A DNA stretch of 64,000 nt from Acidobacteriota bacterium (GCA_965217775.1 CBDCJH010000002.1:1952001-2016000); one strand, 5' to 3'; positions 39,533 to 50,856 are shown, counted from the stretch's first letter. Program-made: numbers and translations. Notes: generated by a model not told the origin, from the letters alone.

Positions 39533-41227
39533 ATGTCGAGTCCGATCCGTCCGGCGGTGAGGCGAATCCGGATCCTGTTTCTGGGCGGCCTGCTGATCTC
39601 GTTCGCCTATTCCATGCAACTGCGCCGCCACCGGCAGTTGGAAGTTCCGGCGCCGTCGCCCCCTCCGCCGGTGGAAGTCGGAGCCGACGCGGCCACCCTG
39701 AACCTGAAGATCATAGAGCGTGGCTCGGAAGCTCCCGTCAGCGGTACCGTGAGTGTCAACGGAGGAGCCGTCGAGGGCGAAGAGGCCTACCTGGAACACT
39801 CCCTGAGGCGTTCCGCCAATCGGCACAAGGGACCGATCCGGTTCCGCCCGTTGAGCTACTACTTCTACACCGACGGCACTCTCAGCCTGAAGGTCCCGCC
39901 CGGGCGGTGTACGGTGGAGGTCCGCAAGGGCTACGAATACATCCCCTCGAACCGCAGCTTCGAACTGGATCCGGGGCAGGTCCTGGACGCCACCGTCACC
40001 CTCTCCCGCTGGATCGACATGGCGGCCCTGGGCTGGTATTCCGGTGACACCCATATCCACTTCGAACGCACCGGAACCAACGACGACGACCTGCTGACTC
40101 TGACCTCGGCCCGGGACATCCGCTATGCCTTCAGCCTCTCCATGAACACCCGGGGTTACTCGCTGGGCGGGGCGTTCGAGTCGTGGCATCAGGCCCACGG
40201 CCTGGGCGACGGCTCCGTCCGCAATCGAGGCCCCTATTTCCTCACTTCGGGCCAGGAGTATCGCACTCGGACCCTGGGGCACGTCACCGTCCTCATGGCC
40301 AGGGAGTACGTCCCCGGTGTGGGTCACACTCGCAACACCGACCGGGGGCCGTCCTTGGGGGTCATCGGCGATCAGGCCCGGGAGCTGGGGGGAGTGATCG
40401 GCCTCAATCACGGCGGCTACACGCGCCTGGAGGCGGACTCCCTCGCGCTTTCCGGCAAGATGGAGTTCCTGGAGCTGCTCCAGTTCGGAGGCTATCGGGG
40501 GTTGGGGCTCGACGGATGGTACGACTTCCTGAACCTGGGTTACCGCTGGCCCATCGTCGGCGCCTCCGACTATCCAGCCACCCGCGAGCTGGGAGACTGC
40601 CTCACCTACGTACGAGCTTCCCGTCCTCCCACTCCCCGGGGATTCGTCGAGGGGCTGGTCCGGGGAGAGAGCTTCGCCACCTCCGGTCCCATGCTTCGAG
40701 TGACCGTCGACGGGAAGCAGCCGGGAGAGTCGATCCTGGCCGAAGGGAAGAACCGACTGGAGCTGCAGGTGGAGGTCCGGGTCTCCAGTCCCGTTTACCC
40801 GGTTCGATACGTGGACCTGATCCGGAATGGACGCGTCGTGTCCCGGGACTTCGCGGCCGAGGGCCGAGCCTCCTGGGAACTGAGCCGCAGGATCGAACTC
40901 TCTTCCAGCGGCTGGGTGGCCGTCCGGGCATACTCGGACGCCGGCACCGAGGCTCACTCCAATCCGGTCTACGTCTACCTGGACGGAAAACTGCCCTTCG
41001 ATGACGACGCGTGCGGCCAGATTCTGGCCCGTCTGGACTCCTCCATCCGCGCCATCCCCGAACCGACCGTGGCCGATCAGGTCCGAACCCTGCGGGACCG
41101 GCTGGCCCGTTACCGGGATACCGGCGACTCCCAGGGACTGGCTCTGCCCACCGTCTCCCGGATCGCGGAAGATGAGAGAGAACGAACCACCGCGGCCCCG
41201 GCGGCGACAGGAGCGACATCGAGATGA
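39533..41227 (+). CDS. CehA/McbA-family metallohydrolase, copy 1
   Basis: N-terminal TM; WYSGDTHIH, GQEYR..GH, NHGG, WYDFLNLG, GASD, SFATSGP, AHSNPVYV. Confidence 0.85.
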   Translation: MSSPIRPAVRRIRILFLGGLLISFAYSMQLRRHRQLEVPAPSPPPPVEVGADAATLNLKIIERGSEAPVSGTVSVNGGAVEGEEAYLEHSLRRSANRHKGPIRFRPLSYYFYTDGTLSLKVPPGRCTVEVRKGYEYIPSNRSFELDPGQVLDATVTLSRWIDMAALGWYSGDTHIHFERTGTNDDDLLTLTSARDIRYAFSLSMNTRGYSLGGAFESWHQAHGLGDGSVRNRGPYFLTSGQEYRTRTLGHVTVLMAREYVPGVGHTRNTDRGPSLGVIGDQARELGGVIGLNHGGYTRLEADSLALSGKMEFLELLQFGGYRGLGLDGWYDFLNLGYRWPIVGASDYPATRELGDCLTYVRASRPPTPRGFVEGLVRGESFATSGPMLRVTVDGKQPGESILAEGKNRLELQVEVRVSSPVYPVRYVDLIRNGRVVSRDFAAEGRASWELSRRIELSSSGWVAVRAYSDAGTEAHSNPVYVYLDGKLPFDDDACGQILARLDSSIRAIPEPTVADQVRTLRDRLARYRDTGDSQGLALPTVSRIAEDERERTTAAPAATGATSR

Positions 41228-42849
41228 GCCGGTCGGGCCGCACAAGGCTGTGGCTGATTCTCCCCTTTGCCGGGTTGCTGTTGCTGACCTTCGTCCACTC
41301 CATGCAGACCCGCCGCAAGGCCCAGATCAGCGAGGATTATCCCCTTCCGCCTCCCCTGCCGGATCCCGGCCCCGACGCCGCCACGCTCCGACTGCGGATC
41401 GTCGACGGGCGGACCGGACGCCCGGTCAGCGCCACGGTCAGCATCAACGGAGGCACCCAGGAGCCCCAGGAGGGTCCTTATCTCCCCTACTCGCTACGCC
41501 GGACCAACGGAGAGCGGCAGGGGCCCATGCGCTTCCGGAAACTCGACGACTACTTCTTCACCGACGGCTCCGTCAAGGTCCGGGTCCCTCCCGGCCATTG
41601 TGTGGTGGAGGTCGGCAAGGGGTACGAGTACCAGCGGACCCGACGGGTCTTCCAGCTCAAGGAAAAGGAGGTCCGCCAAGCCACGATTGCCGTCTCCCCC
41701 TGGATCGACATGGCGGAGCTGGGCTGGTACGCGGGCGACACCCACATCCATTTCGAGCGGGACGGAAGCAACGACGATCAGTTGCTCGTGCTCACCTCCG
41801 CCAGGGGAATCCGCTATGCCTACAGCCTGTCCATGAACACGGGCGGGTATGCCCTGGGCCGGGAGTTCGAATCGTGGCGCCAAGCCCACGGTCTCGGACC
41901 GGCGTCCGACGTGAGGCGGGGAGACTATTTCCTGTCGTCGGGCCAGGAATACCGCAACTCCTCCATGGGACACGTCACCATCGTTCTGGCCAAAGATTAC
42001 GTGCCGGCCGAGGGATGGACCGCGAACGCCAACCTGGGACCTTCACTGGCCGTCATCGGCGATCAGGCCCGGGAACTGGGCGGCTACATGGGCCTCAATC
42101 ACGGCGGGTATTACCGACTGGAGGCCGACTATCTGGGCCTCACCGGCAAAGCGGACTTCCTGGAATTGCTGCAGTTGGGCGGGTACCGGGGACTGGGTCT
42201 GGACGGTTGGTACGATTTTCTGAACCTGGGGGTCCGCTGGCCCATCGTGGGCGCTTCCGACTTTCCCTACAGCCGAGAGTTGGGAGACACCCTGACTTAC
42301 GTCTTCTCGGAGACGGAACCGACGCCGCGCGGATTCATGGAGGGTGTGGTCCAGGGGCGCAGCTTCGTCACCAGTGGCCCCATGCTCCTGGTCTCGGTCA
42401 ACGGGAAGGGTCCCGGAGAATCGCTTCATTTCCCGGGCGGCCAGCCCGCCGGCCTGGAGTTGGAGATCCGGGTCCGGAGCCCGCTCTATCCGGTCCGGTA
42501 CCTGGAGATCGTGTGGAACGGAAGGGTCGTCTCCCGTTACTTCGACCCGGAAGGGCGAAGCGTCTGGGACCATGCCGAAAGGCTTCGGGTCACCGAGAGC
42601 GGTTGGGTGGCCGTGAGGGCCCAGGGAGATCCGGGCACCGAAGCGCACTCCAACCCGGTCTACGTCGATGTCGGCGGCCGGCTACCGTTCGACGACGACG
42701 CCTGCGGGCAGATTCTGGCGCGCCTGGAAGGGTCCATACGCTCGGCCATGACGCCCCGGATCCGGGACCGGTACCAGGACATCCACGCCCGATTGAAGCG
42801 CTATCGAGAAACCCGGGACGCCGATGGACTGGCCCTTCCCCCGCGTTGA
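41224..42849 (+). CDS. CehA/McbA-family metallohydrolase, copy 2
   Basis: Same motifs; ATGA overlap with copy 1. Confidence 0.85.
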   Translation: MSRSGRTRLWLILPFAGLLLLTFVHSMQTRRKAQISEDYPLPPPLPDPGPDAATLRLRIVDGRTGRPVSATVSINGGTQEPQEGPYLPYSLRRTNGERQGPMRFRKLDDYFFTDGSVKVRVPPGHCVVEVGKGYEYQRTRRVFQLKEKEVRQATIAVSPWIDMAELGWYAGDTHIHFERDGSNDDQLLVLTSARGIRYAYSLSMNTGGYALGREFESWRQAHGLGPASDVRRGDYFLSSGQEYRNSSMGHVTIVLAKDYVPAEGWTANANLGPSLAVIGDQARELGGYMGLNHGGYYRLEADYLGLTGKADFLELLQLGGYRGLGLDGWYDFLNLGVRWPIVGASDFPYSRELGDTLTYVFSETEPTPRGFMEGVVQGRSFVTSGPMLLVSVNGKGPGESLHFPGGQPAGLELEIRVRSPLYPVRYLEIVWNGRVVSRYFDPEGRSVWDHAERLRVTESGWVAVRAQGDPGTEAHSNPVYVDVGGRLPFDDDACGQILARLEGSIRSAMTPRIRDRYQDIHARLKRYRETRDADGLALPPR

Positions 42850-42880
42850 AGAGTACCTGATTCAAACCGTCGGCCGTTGC

Positions 42881-43564
42881 ATGAAACCGATGCACTCCTG
42901 GGATCTCACTCCAAAACAGGCAGTCCAACTTCAGAAGCGGCTTGGTCCCCGCATCCGCACCGATCTGCCCTTGCCTGACCCGGGAAGAATCGGCGGCGTG
43001 GACGTCGGTTACAGCCGCTCCCTCGGACTCTCCGTCGCCACCGTCGTGGTCCTTGCATTCCCCTCCCTGGAACTTGTGGAATCGGCGGTGGCCACGACTC
43101 CCACGCCATTTCCGTACGTCCCGGGATTGCTGAGCTTTCGGGAGCTGCCCCCGATTCTGGAGGCCCTGGACCGGCTCTCGGCAGCGCCGGAGATGATCCT
43201 GGTGGACGGTCACGGACAGGCCCATCCGCGGCGATTCGGCATCGCCTGCCACCTGGGCCTGTGGCTGCGGATTCCGACCATCGGCGTGGGCAAGACCCGC
43301 CTCTGCGGAGAATACGAGGAGCCGGGATTGACCAAGGGATCGCTCACTCCCCTGCTGGACGGGTCCGAACTGCTGGGCATGGTCCTGCGCACCCGCACCC
43401 GGGTCCGGCCCGTCTTCGTCTCGGTGGGATACGGGCTGCCCCTGGAAGCCTGTGTGAATTGGACCCTGGCCGTCACTCCCCGTTACCGAATTCCCGAACC
43501 GATCCGCCAAGCCCACAACTTGGCGGCCCGATGGACCGGGAACCGGCGACGCTCTCCCGTATAA
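42881..43564 (+). CDS. nfi: Endonuclease V
   Basis: GGVDVGY, FPYVPGLLSFRE, DGHGQAHPRRFGIACH, RIPEPIRQAH. Confidence 0.95.
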   Translation: MKPMHSWDLTPKQAVQLQKRLGPRIRTDLPLPDPGRIGGVDVGYSRSLGLSVATVVVLAFPSLELVESAVATTPTPFPYVPGLLSFRELPPILEALDRLSAAPEMILVDGHGQAHPRRFGIACHLGLWLRIPTIGVGKTRLCGEYEEPGLTKGSLTPLLDGSELLGMVLRTRTRVRPVFVSVGYGLPLEACVNWTLAVTPRYRIPEPIRQAHNLAARWTGNRRRSPV

Positions 43565-44838
43565 TGAACTCCGTGCCCGATCAAGAGCGGACCAAATCTG
43601 CCCTGCCTTCCGTGGGGCTCCACCGTCCTTCCGAGCTGATCTACCGAGCCTGCTATGCTCCGGTGGACTTGGCCGGCCTGCTGGAGACGGCGGAGACGCG
43701 TTCCCGGATTCGGCGCCTGTCCGTACCGCAGATCTACTTCGGACTCAAGGAGCTGGGCGAGCACCAGATCCAGGCGCTGCTGCCCCACATCACCGAGACG
43801 CAATGGCAGGGGGTTCTGGATCTGGACCTCTGGAACCGGGACCGGGCCAACGCGGGTAAGTTTCTCTTCTGGGCGGGGCAGATCATCCAGGCAGAAAACC
43901 CGGTGGCCGCAAAGATCGTCCGGGGCACGGACCGCCAACTCCTGGAACTCTGGCTCAAACGCCGGATCAGGATCGAGGAGATCGTCGAGGACGATCCGGG
44001 ACCCGCTCCGAAAGGCGACTTCATGGAGACGCCGGACCGCGCCTATCTGGTCCATCTGCCCAATAATCCGGACGAATCCCGGCTCGCCCGCGGCCTGCTG
44101 TTGAAGCTGTACGAGTTGGGCCCGGAGGAGACCCAACTCTGGATCCAGGAATCCCGGTACCGGACCTCCATCGAGTTGGAGGAGGCCGCCTACCAGAATC
44201 GGAAACGGCGGATCGAGGAAATGGGTTTCCAGGACTACTTCGACGCCCTGGACGTGTACACCTATCTGCCTCAGGGAACCCCGCTGCCGGAGAAAATACG
44301 GGACAAATTGCGAGCCGTCGGCACCCTTCCCGCGCCATTCGCCCGGATGAAGTCGGGTCCCCTTCTCCTGTTCCAGGCCCTGGCCGCCTTCGCCCGGCCC
44401 CACGAGCTGGAACCGCTGATGGAGGAGCTGTTCTTCGTCTGCAACAAGATCCTCTCCGCCGACCGGACGCCTCCCAACCGAACCTCCCGGGTGAAACGGG
44501 CCATTCGCAAGGCGCTCAGCGGCATCAACCTGGGACTGGAAGTCTGGGCCAAAGGAGACTTGAACCGGGCCCGGGACGGACTCAGGCGCCACTACCTGCA
44601 GTCCTTCTTCCACACCGGCTACAGCCGCTTGGTGGAACTGCGCGACCGGGCCCGAGAGATTCGAGCGCAGGTCCCCCTCGAACCCGGGTCACCGCTGGAT
44701 GACGCACTGGGGGAACTGTCCCGGGACTATCCGCTCCTGCTGGTGGAGATCCGGGAAAAAAGACGGCGGCGATTCCTCAAGAACACGCCGGACCTGGATC
44801 GAGCGAATCGCTACCTGAAGGCGGCCCAAGAGGCGTAG
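43564..44838 (+). CDS. Conserved hypothetical protein (DUF6178-like)
   Basis: TAATG coupling to nfi; LDLDLW..D and ELEEAAY.NR..R..EMGF patterns. Confidence 0.7.
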   Translation: MNSVPDQERTKSALPSVGLHRPSELIYRACYAPVDLAGLLETAETRSRIRRLSVPQIYFGLKELGEHQIQALLPHITETQWQGVLDLDLWNRDRANAGKFLFWAGQIIQAENPVAAKIVRGTDRQLLELWLKRRIRIEEIVEDDPGPAPKGDFMETPDRAYLVHLPNNPDESRLARGLLLKLYELGPEETQLWIQESRYRTSIELEEAAYQNRKRRIEEMGFQDYFDALDVYTYLPQGTPLPEKIRDKLRAVGTLPAPFARMKSGPLLLFQALAAFARPHELEPLMEELFFVCNKILSADRTPPNRTSRVKRAIRKALSGINLGLEVWAKGDLNRARDGLRRHYLQSFFHTGYSRLVELRDRAREIRAQVPLEPGSPLDDALGELSRDYPLLLVEIREKRRRRFLKNTPDLDRANRYLKAAQEA

Positions 44839-44860
44839 GGGCTCCCCTCGTGGGCACCCT
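44835..44860 (+). repeat. REP-like family 2 element overlapping a stop codon
   Basis: GTAGGGGCTCCCCTCGTGGGCACCCT, similar to the 34650 unit. Confidence 0.7.
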
Positions 44861-45116
44861 CTTGTCGTCCGAAGAGCCTGCGCAGTGGAAGATCTGTAGA
44901 GCAACGTGAGCTGTTGATCCTCGCTCTTCCGGATGGCCCCAAGATCAGCGATACGTTTCAACCGTTCGAGTGAGGAGCCAGGGTGCTCGATTTTCCCCTG
45001 AGAAACTGGAATCCTTTCGGACTATGTCGTTAAGTGTGTCCCGAATGCGACGTTGGCCGCCAGGGCGTGGCTAAGGCGACATCAGTAAAACATCCTTCCG
45101 ATTGAGGGGATCGACC

Positions 45117-46232
45117 ATGCATCATTCGATAAGAAGCGTCGCCCGGAATGCCGACGCCCTGGCCGCAGTCTGGAGCGGTGGCGCACGGACCGATCTTCCC
45201 TACCTCTGGCTGCGCGACAATTGCGGTTGCAGCGAGTGCCGCGTCGTGCAGACCTCGGAGAAGCGGTTCCACATCTTCCGGGTCGCCGGGGACCTGAGAC
45301 CGCTACAGTTCAGCATCGAACGCGCCGGATCCGAGGACGAGGCGATCTCGATCGTTTGGCCGGACGGGCACCGCACCCGCTACCGGTCGAGCGAGATCCA
45401 CGGCCATTTGAGCCAGCCTCGTTTCGACCTGCGCTACTGGGATTGCCGGTTCCAACCGCGGCAGTTCGACTATCGGCGGTTCCTGGCGAGCGACAGCAAA
45501 GCGGCGGAGCTGATCGAGGAGTTTCTGCGGACCGGGGTCTGCCTGCTGGTCGACGCCCCTACCGACCCCGATTCTTCGGAGCAGCTCGCGACCCGTTTGG
45601 GCCCGATCCGCGAGGTCGTGTTCGAGCGCATCCACAACGTCGTGGTCGACCCAAAGGGATACAGCATCGCGCACACGGATCTGGCGATCGCACCGCATAA
45701 CGACTTTACCGGCTACACCTGGCCGCCGAGCGTGCAGGTGCTGCACATGCTGGTGAACGAGTGCGAAGGCGGCGCATCTCTCGTCGTGGACGGCTTCGGC
45801 GTGCTCAACGAGCTACGCAACGATCACCCCGACAAGTTCGACGTGCTTTGTGCGGTGCCGGTGCCTTTCCGCCTCTTCAGCGAGGAATACGAGAGCTACG
45901 CGGCCAACCCCCTTGTCGAGCTGGACAGCGACGGCGACGTCAGGTTGTTGCGCTTCAACACCCAGCAGATGCAGGTCATTCCCCTCTCGGAACCTCGGCT
46001 GGCCGACTTCTACGCCGCCTACCACGAGCTGTCCAAGCGCATCAATGCCGCCAGCGCCCAGGTTTCCGTCCGATTGGAGGGCGGGCAGATTCTGCTGGCC
46101 GCCGGGCACCGGGTGCTGCACGGTCGCACCGCGTTGCGCTCGATCGGGCAGCGCCACCTGCAGGACGCCTACTTCGAGCACGACAACGTGCGCAACCACC
46201 TGAGGCTGCTGCGCCGCACCGGCCGAGTTTGA
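45117..46232 (+). CDS. Gamma-butyrobetaine hydroxylase-like TauD/2-oxoglutarate-Fe(II) dioxygenase
   Basis: WLRDNCGCSEC and WPDGH Zn domain; HND; LVVDGF; RVLHGR. Confidence 0.9.
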   Translation: MHHSIRSVARNADALAAVWSGGARTDLPYLWLRDNCGCSECRVVQTSEKRFHIFRVAGDLRPLQFSIERAGSEDEAISIVWPDGHRTRYRSSEIHGHLSQPRFDLRYWDCRFQPRQFDYRRFLASDSKAAELIEEFLRTGVCLLVDAPTDPDSSEQLATRLGPIREVVFERIHNVVVDPKGYSIAHTDLAIAPHNDFTGYTWPPSVQVLHMLVNECEGGASLVVDGFGVLNELRNDHPDKFDVLCAVPVPFRLFSEEYESYAANPLVELDSDGDVRLLRFNTQQMQVIPLSEPRLADFYAAYHELSKRINAASAQVSVRLEGGQILLAAGHRVLHGRTALRSIGQRHLQDAYFEHDNVRNHLRLLRRTGRV

Positions 46233-46312
46233 AGGCCGCAAATCCGCGCCGTCGGACGGACAGCCTGTCGAATCTGGCCGTTTCTTGCCGCGGACAGGTC
46301 AACTCTTCTACC

Positions 46313-46600
46313 GTGTTTTTGCGGCGCAGACTCGGGAAGCTCGTCCAAAAACCGGCTGGCCAAGCCGCGGGTCACCTGGTGCAACTCCAGCCCCTCATCC
46401 TTGCGCCGGGCGAGGAACCGCCCCACCTGGTGGGCGTAGGCGGTCCGGGTGTGGGGATTGGAGAGCCGGACGGAGAAGAACTCATCGGCCGCGAAGCAGG
46501 CCGCCTTCCCGGCTCTCACGAGAACGGCCGGGAAGGCCCCTTCGAGGTCATTTTTGGAGAGCGAATCTTCGGTTTTCGGGAGGAGTTCCAAGTCCGCCAT
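46313..46600 (-). pseudogene. Truncated tyrosine recombinase (N-terminal part)
   Basis: AFPAVLVRAGKAACFAADEFFSVRLSNPHTRTAY aligns with 51826-52806; homology lost after about 95 aa. Confidence 0.85.
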
Positions 46601-46604
46601 TAAA

Positions 46605-46632
46605 GATACGCATAATATACTTTATCGTAATC
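46605..46632. other. dif-like recombination site (11-6-11)
   Basis: GATACGCATAA-TATACT-TTATCGTAATC directly upstream of the recombinase start. Confidence 0.65.
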
Positions 46633-46775
46633 TAAAGCAGACCTCTGACTCCCCATTCTCTGCGACGGACTGGCGTTTTTCCCGCCCCTTCTGTCCCAAT
46701 CCGGTGAGCCCTTGCCGGCAGAAAAATCACATTTTCCATTGTCAGGACGATCCAAACCATGAGGGGGTACACGCC

Positions 46776-47361
46776 ATGAGAAGTCGTACGAGCAAGAATC
46801 GAGGATGGCTCAGGATGACCACAGCGATGGGGGTGATCCCCTTGCTGCTAACGCAAGTTACAACCAATCTAATCTGTGTTCCCCGGGCATCGAAGTTCGG
46901 ATCGGCGAACTACCGAAAAAATGGTGTGGGAGCAACTTCCTGCCTTTCTTGATGAAGAGAAGAAGGTCACTGTTGTGCTCGCCGAGGGGGGTGCCGTCCG
47001 GGGCGAGGTGGTCGGAGTTCCCGACAACGGCATCCATCTGGGTCGTGTCTCGATGACTACCAACGGGTGGCTCTACCCGACGGGTTCGGACGCTCTGATC
47101 CCCAGATCCTCAGTCAAAGAAATCCGCGTGGAGAAACGCGGGGGGCTTAATCGCATCGGGGGAGCTGTTCTGGGCGGAGCCGGCGCGATGCTTCTTTCTT
47201 GGTTGGCACTTGCCCCGGCCAAACTGGATAGTGATTCCGCGAGAGACTCGAATATATTCTGGGCCACCTCGATTGGTGTTTCAGTTGGGGGTGCTGTTCT
47301 CGGCTACCGGATGGGCAAACGCGCGGATGTCGAGACCACCATCATCATGATCGTGGACTGA
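46776..47361 (+). pseudogene. Probably frameshifted exported/membrane hypothetical protein
   Basis: GAGGGGG + ATG 46776 with a hydrophobic leader, then coding continues in another frame (WEQL...glycine-rich helices). Confidence 0.5.
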
Positions 47362-47564
47362 TTCCCCGATGTGTCGGGAATAGCTCGGAAGACGACCGCT
47401 TCCTGGAACCCCTCAGCAAACTGAAAACGACGATCCTCTGGAGAACCTCCGTTAACTGAAATTAACGGACCTTCTCTAGAAAAAGGGAGGATGTTGGGGT
47501 TTCGTCGTTGGCTGACCACTCCCGACGGACGGCGACCGTCACAATAACAGGCAGGAATCTAATC

Positions 47565-49220
47565 CTAGTTCTCATCCGGAAAGCCGTAAGTTATTGGGAA
47601 ATAAGGACTAAGGAGGAATTTTCAAGCCCCGATTTTGTCATAGTCGTTTGGTAGTCTATTGGTGCTAAATAAAAGCAACCAAATGACTTACACAAAACCG
47701 GGGGCTTGAACAATGCGTCGAAAACGGGAAAACCAGCTTCCGCTCTCCGGGCTCTGGCCCGGTCACCGACTCGCCCAGGAACTGAAAGCTGTTTCCAAGA
47801 TCTTGGATGACAACCCCTCGATCCTGGATCTGGTTCTACACGATCTGTGTGACACCGCCGGTTCAGGCCAGGGGGCTCCGGGTCTCTCCGCAGAGCAGGT
47901 CCTGCGCGCGGCCATCCTCAAGAACTGGCATCAGCTGCCCTACACCAAGTTGGCGTTCCTCTTGAGCGACTCTCAGAGCTTTCGTCGCTTCGCTCGACTC
48001 CCTTGGCAATGGACCCCCAGTGCCTCCTGCCTCCAGGACAACATCAGCCGGATTCAAGCCGGAACCTGGCAGCAGATCAACCGGCTCCTGGTGCAATGGG
48101 CGGAGGGCCAGGGACTGGAACGGGGACGGAAGATCCGAGCCGATGCCACGGCTGTGGAAAGCCCCATCCCCTATCCGCGGGATTCCCAGATGTTGTCCGA
48201 CTCGGTTCGAGTCCTCACCCGCTGGCTGCGCCGCTTGGCCCGACCTCACAAGATCGTCTTTTCGGATCACCGGCGCCGGGCCAAGCGACGCTGTTGCGAA
48301 CATCGCCAACCACCGGGGCAAGCGTCGTCTGCGAGCCTATCGGGATCTGTTGAAGGTCGCTCGCAAGACCGCTCATTACGCCAAGAGGGCGCTGCGGCAA
48401 GCGGATCGGTTCACCGACCTGCCCAGTCTGGTCATCGCCGGTCAACTGCGCCATTACTTGGATTTAACGAAGAAGATCATCGACCAGACCGAGCGGCGGG
48501 TGCTGCGGGGAGAGACGGTTCCGGCCGCCGAGAAAGTCCTCTCCTTGTTTGAGGAGCACACCGACATCATCAAAAAGAAGCGCCGGGAAACGGTCTTCGG
48601 GCACAAGCTGTTTCTGACCGGCGGCGTCTCCGGCCTGATGCTGGATACTGAGGTGGTGCGGGGGAACCCTAACGATGCCGGTCAGTTCCAGCCCTGGATG
48701 CGGCGCCAGTATGATCTGTACGGCCGTTGGCCTCGACAGGTCAGTTGTGACGGATGCTTTGCCAGCCGCTCCAATCTGGAGTGGGCCAAAAAGCAAGGCG
48801 TCCAGGATGTCGCCTTTGCCAAGAAACGCGGACTGAAGGTCCCTGAGATGGTGCGCTCCAGTTGGGTCTACCGGCAACTGCGACGCTTCCGGGCCGGCAT
48901 CGAAGGGTGCATCTCGTGGCTCAAGCGAGTGTTCGGACTCGGACGCTGCACCTGGAAGGGCTGGCCCCACTTCCAGCAATATGTGTACCTCTCGATCATC
49001 AGCTTCAACCTGCTGGTTCTGGCCCGCCTGCTGCTGTAAGCGCAGCTTGAATCCATTGCCGACGCCCCGTCAGGGACTCGTGTCTTCAAAATCCGGGATC
49101 GGCTCTCAACGGACTTGAATTTCCTGCTTTCGGCCCCCATCGAGCCGGTTTATTGCAGTTTCTCCGGCCTTCCTCGGGCTACCCAATCCCCCAAAACCCG
49201 ACTTTCTGGATGAGAACTAG
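47565..49220 (+). mobile_element. ISNCY/IS5-like insertion sequence
   Basis: CTAGTTCTCATCCGGAAAG (47565) and CTTTCTGGATGAGAACTAG (ends 49220) form a 19-bp IR with 1 mismatch; CTAG is the likely target. Confidence 0.88.
47713..49039 (+). pseudogene. Transposase with one frameshift near 48290
   Basis: GLSAEQVLRAA, IRADATAVES in frame 1; EKVLSLFEEHTDII, FGHK, FRAGIEG in frame 2. Confidence 0.88.
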
Positions 49221-49276
49221 CTATCGATTCGGCCGGCAATTTCTACATTGGTGCCTCGCCTGCATCTGTTTGGAAA

Positions 49277-49978
49277 ATGACACCAGGTCCAGGGTCGAGT
49301 ACGCTGGATTTTGCACATTTCGCCAACGGTTCCTCCATCACATCCGATTTGGTGTTGGTGAACGTGGCCACGCAGCCGATCCGTCCGTTGATCTACTTTT
49401 ATGACAAGGGGGGCCACCGCATTGATCCGGCATCGGTGGTTGATGCAGGTGGAAATCTCCAGATTCTGGACGGTGAAGCCCTGACCATTCAGACGGGAGT
49501 GGCCCCTCTGGGAGAGTCTGTGATTTCGACCCATGGCCGGGGGGAGATAGTAACCGGATCAGTGAGAGTAATAGCCGATGGACCCATTGGCGGAGTCCTG
49601 CGCTTTGATCTGGCGGGGGTTGGAGTTGCTGGAGTTGGAGCCAGCCAATCCGTCCGGGACGCCATCTTCCCGGCTCGCCGGCAAGTAGGCGGGATTAACA
49701 CTGGAACGGCGATCCGAAATCTGACCGAGACGGAGATGAGGGTCACGTGCCGATTGATGCAACATGGCACCGTGCTGGAAGAGACGGAAATCCCATTAGC
49801 CACCAGCGGTCAGGAGGCCCGGTTCATCGAAGAGATGTTCACCCGAACTGATACGTCTGACTTCATGGGGTCGGTGCGCTGCACTGCACCGGGAGAGGGG
49901 ATGTTCACCGGAGTAGCCTTGGAGATGGACGCCGGACGCGGCATCTTCACCACCCTGCCGATCGTGCCGGTCAAGTAG
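49277..49978 (+). CDS. Stand-alone Acidobacteria-type C-terminal domain (probably a gene fragment)
   Basis: LDFAHFANG..SDLVLVN...GSVRV...INTGTAIRN; similar to the C-domain of 18844-20085; no signal peptide. Confidence 0.65.
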   Translation: MTPGPGSSTLDFAHFANGSSITSDLVLVNVATQPIRPLIYFYDKGGHRIDPASVVDAGGNLQILDGEALTIQTGVAPLGESVISTHGRGEIVTGSVRVIADGPIGGVLRFDLAGVGVAGVGASQSVRDAIFPARRQVGGINTGTAIRNLTETEMRVTCRLMQHGTVLEETEIPLATSGQEARFIEEMFTRTDTSDFMGSVRCTAPGEGMFTGVALEMDAGRGIFTTLPIVPVK

Positions 49979-50426
49979 TGACGACTTGAGATCGTTGGAG
50001 CCTGCGCCATCGAAGATCTGTGGGACGAGTCAGGCGGTTGACCCTGGCTTTCTCCTCCCGCCCCGCCAACTCCGCCAGCCGCTTCGCCGCCGGCGAAAAC
50101 CCGCCCCAGCGCTGGAATGTTGCCGACGGATATGAGGGAGTGGACCTGCTTCAACTCGTCGACCGTCAGCGGCACGGGCGGCTCCGGCGGCCGTTCGCCC
50201 TCGGCCCGTTCCCAGAGCTTCAATATGCTGCGGTCGGCCCGCTCGCCCCTTCCCGCGTCCCTCACGACGGCGACGATTTCCAGATGGCAAAGGGGATCCG
50301 GCCGGCCACAAAAGGGAGAGATCTGGACCCCTGCAGGGCCGGATGGCCTCGCACGAGGGCCTTAGAGCGTTTGGCCGTGAGGCTAAAGCGCCCGGTGTTG
50401 GCGCTCGAATCTCCTCTGGGGCCGAT

Positions 50427-50507
50427 TTCGGCCGATCCTGCGAAAAAAGACGCTCGTAGCCAGCCTATGTTGGCCTGAAAGGCGACGGTCAAGGGTAAGG
50501 CATAGGC
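50427..50507. repeat. Diverged non-coding direct repeat, copy 1
   Basis: TTCGGCCRATCCYGMGAAAAAAGACGC, 35-37 nt, AAGGGTRAGGCATAGGC; copy 2 at 52948-53026. Confidence 0.7.
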
Positions 50508-50856
50508 TCCCGGCCACCGTCCAGGCTTCGCCTGCGGTGCGGCCGGCAGCGGGGATCTCTTCATTCCGCAGCGCCCGGATTTGGACTCAGGGGAAGGATT
50601 ACCCTCGAGGGATCCTTAAATCCGGAGCTCTGGCTCTGGGAACGCGGGTCGCTGCAGGGCAGCCCCCGCCTAGGTTCGCTGTATTCGAGGGGGTTTGAGA
50701 GGCTCGAGAGAGGGCGTCAGTCAAGGTTCTTCACGATTCCCACCGGGAAAGTTCCCCGGCGGGAGCGATCGAGCGGGCCGTCCATCCAATCTGATGCAAA
50801 ATAGGCCACACTTGATGTTCGGACTCATCACGCAGTTTAGTGGTTGACTAGAACAG

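Noticed and set aside
46605-46632. Chromosomal dif site
   Set aside because: Right arm departs from the XerD consensus TTATGTTAAAT, and a counterpart sits by the paralogous recombinase, favouring element-specific sites.
48280-48300. Programmed frameshift in the ISNCY transposase
   Set aside because: No slippery run at the junction and the shift is +1; more likely a mutation or sequencing error.
49810-50311. Minus-strand ORFs as genes
   Set aside because: No RBS or recognisable motif and they overlap the convergent ORF; at most a remnant.
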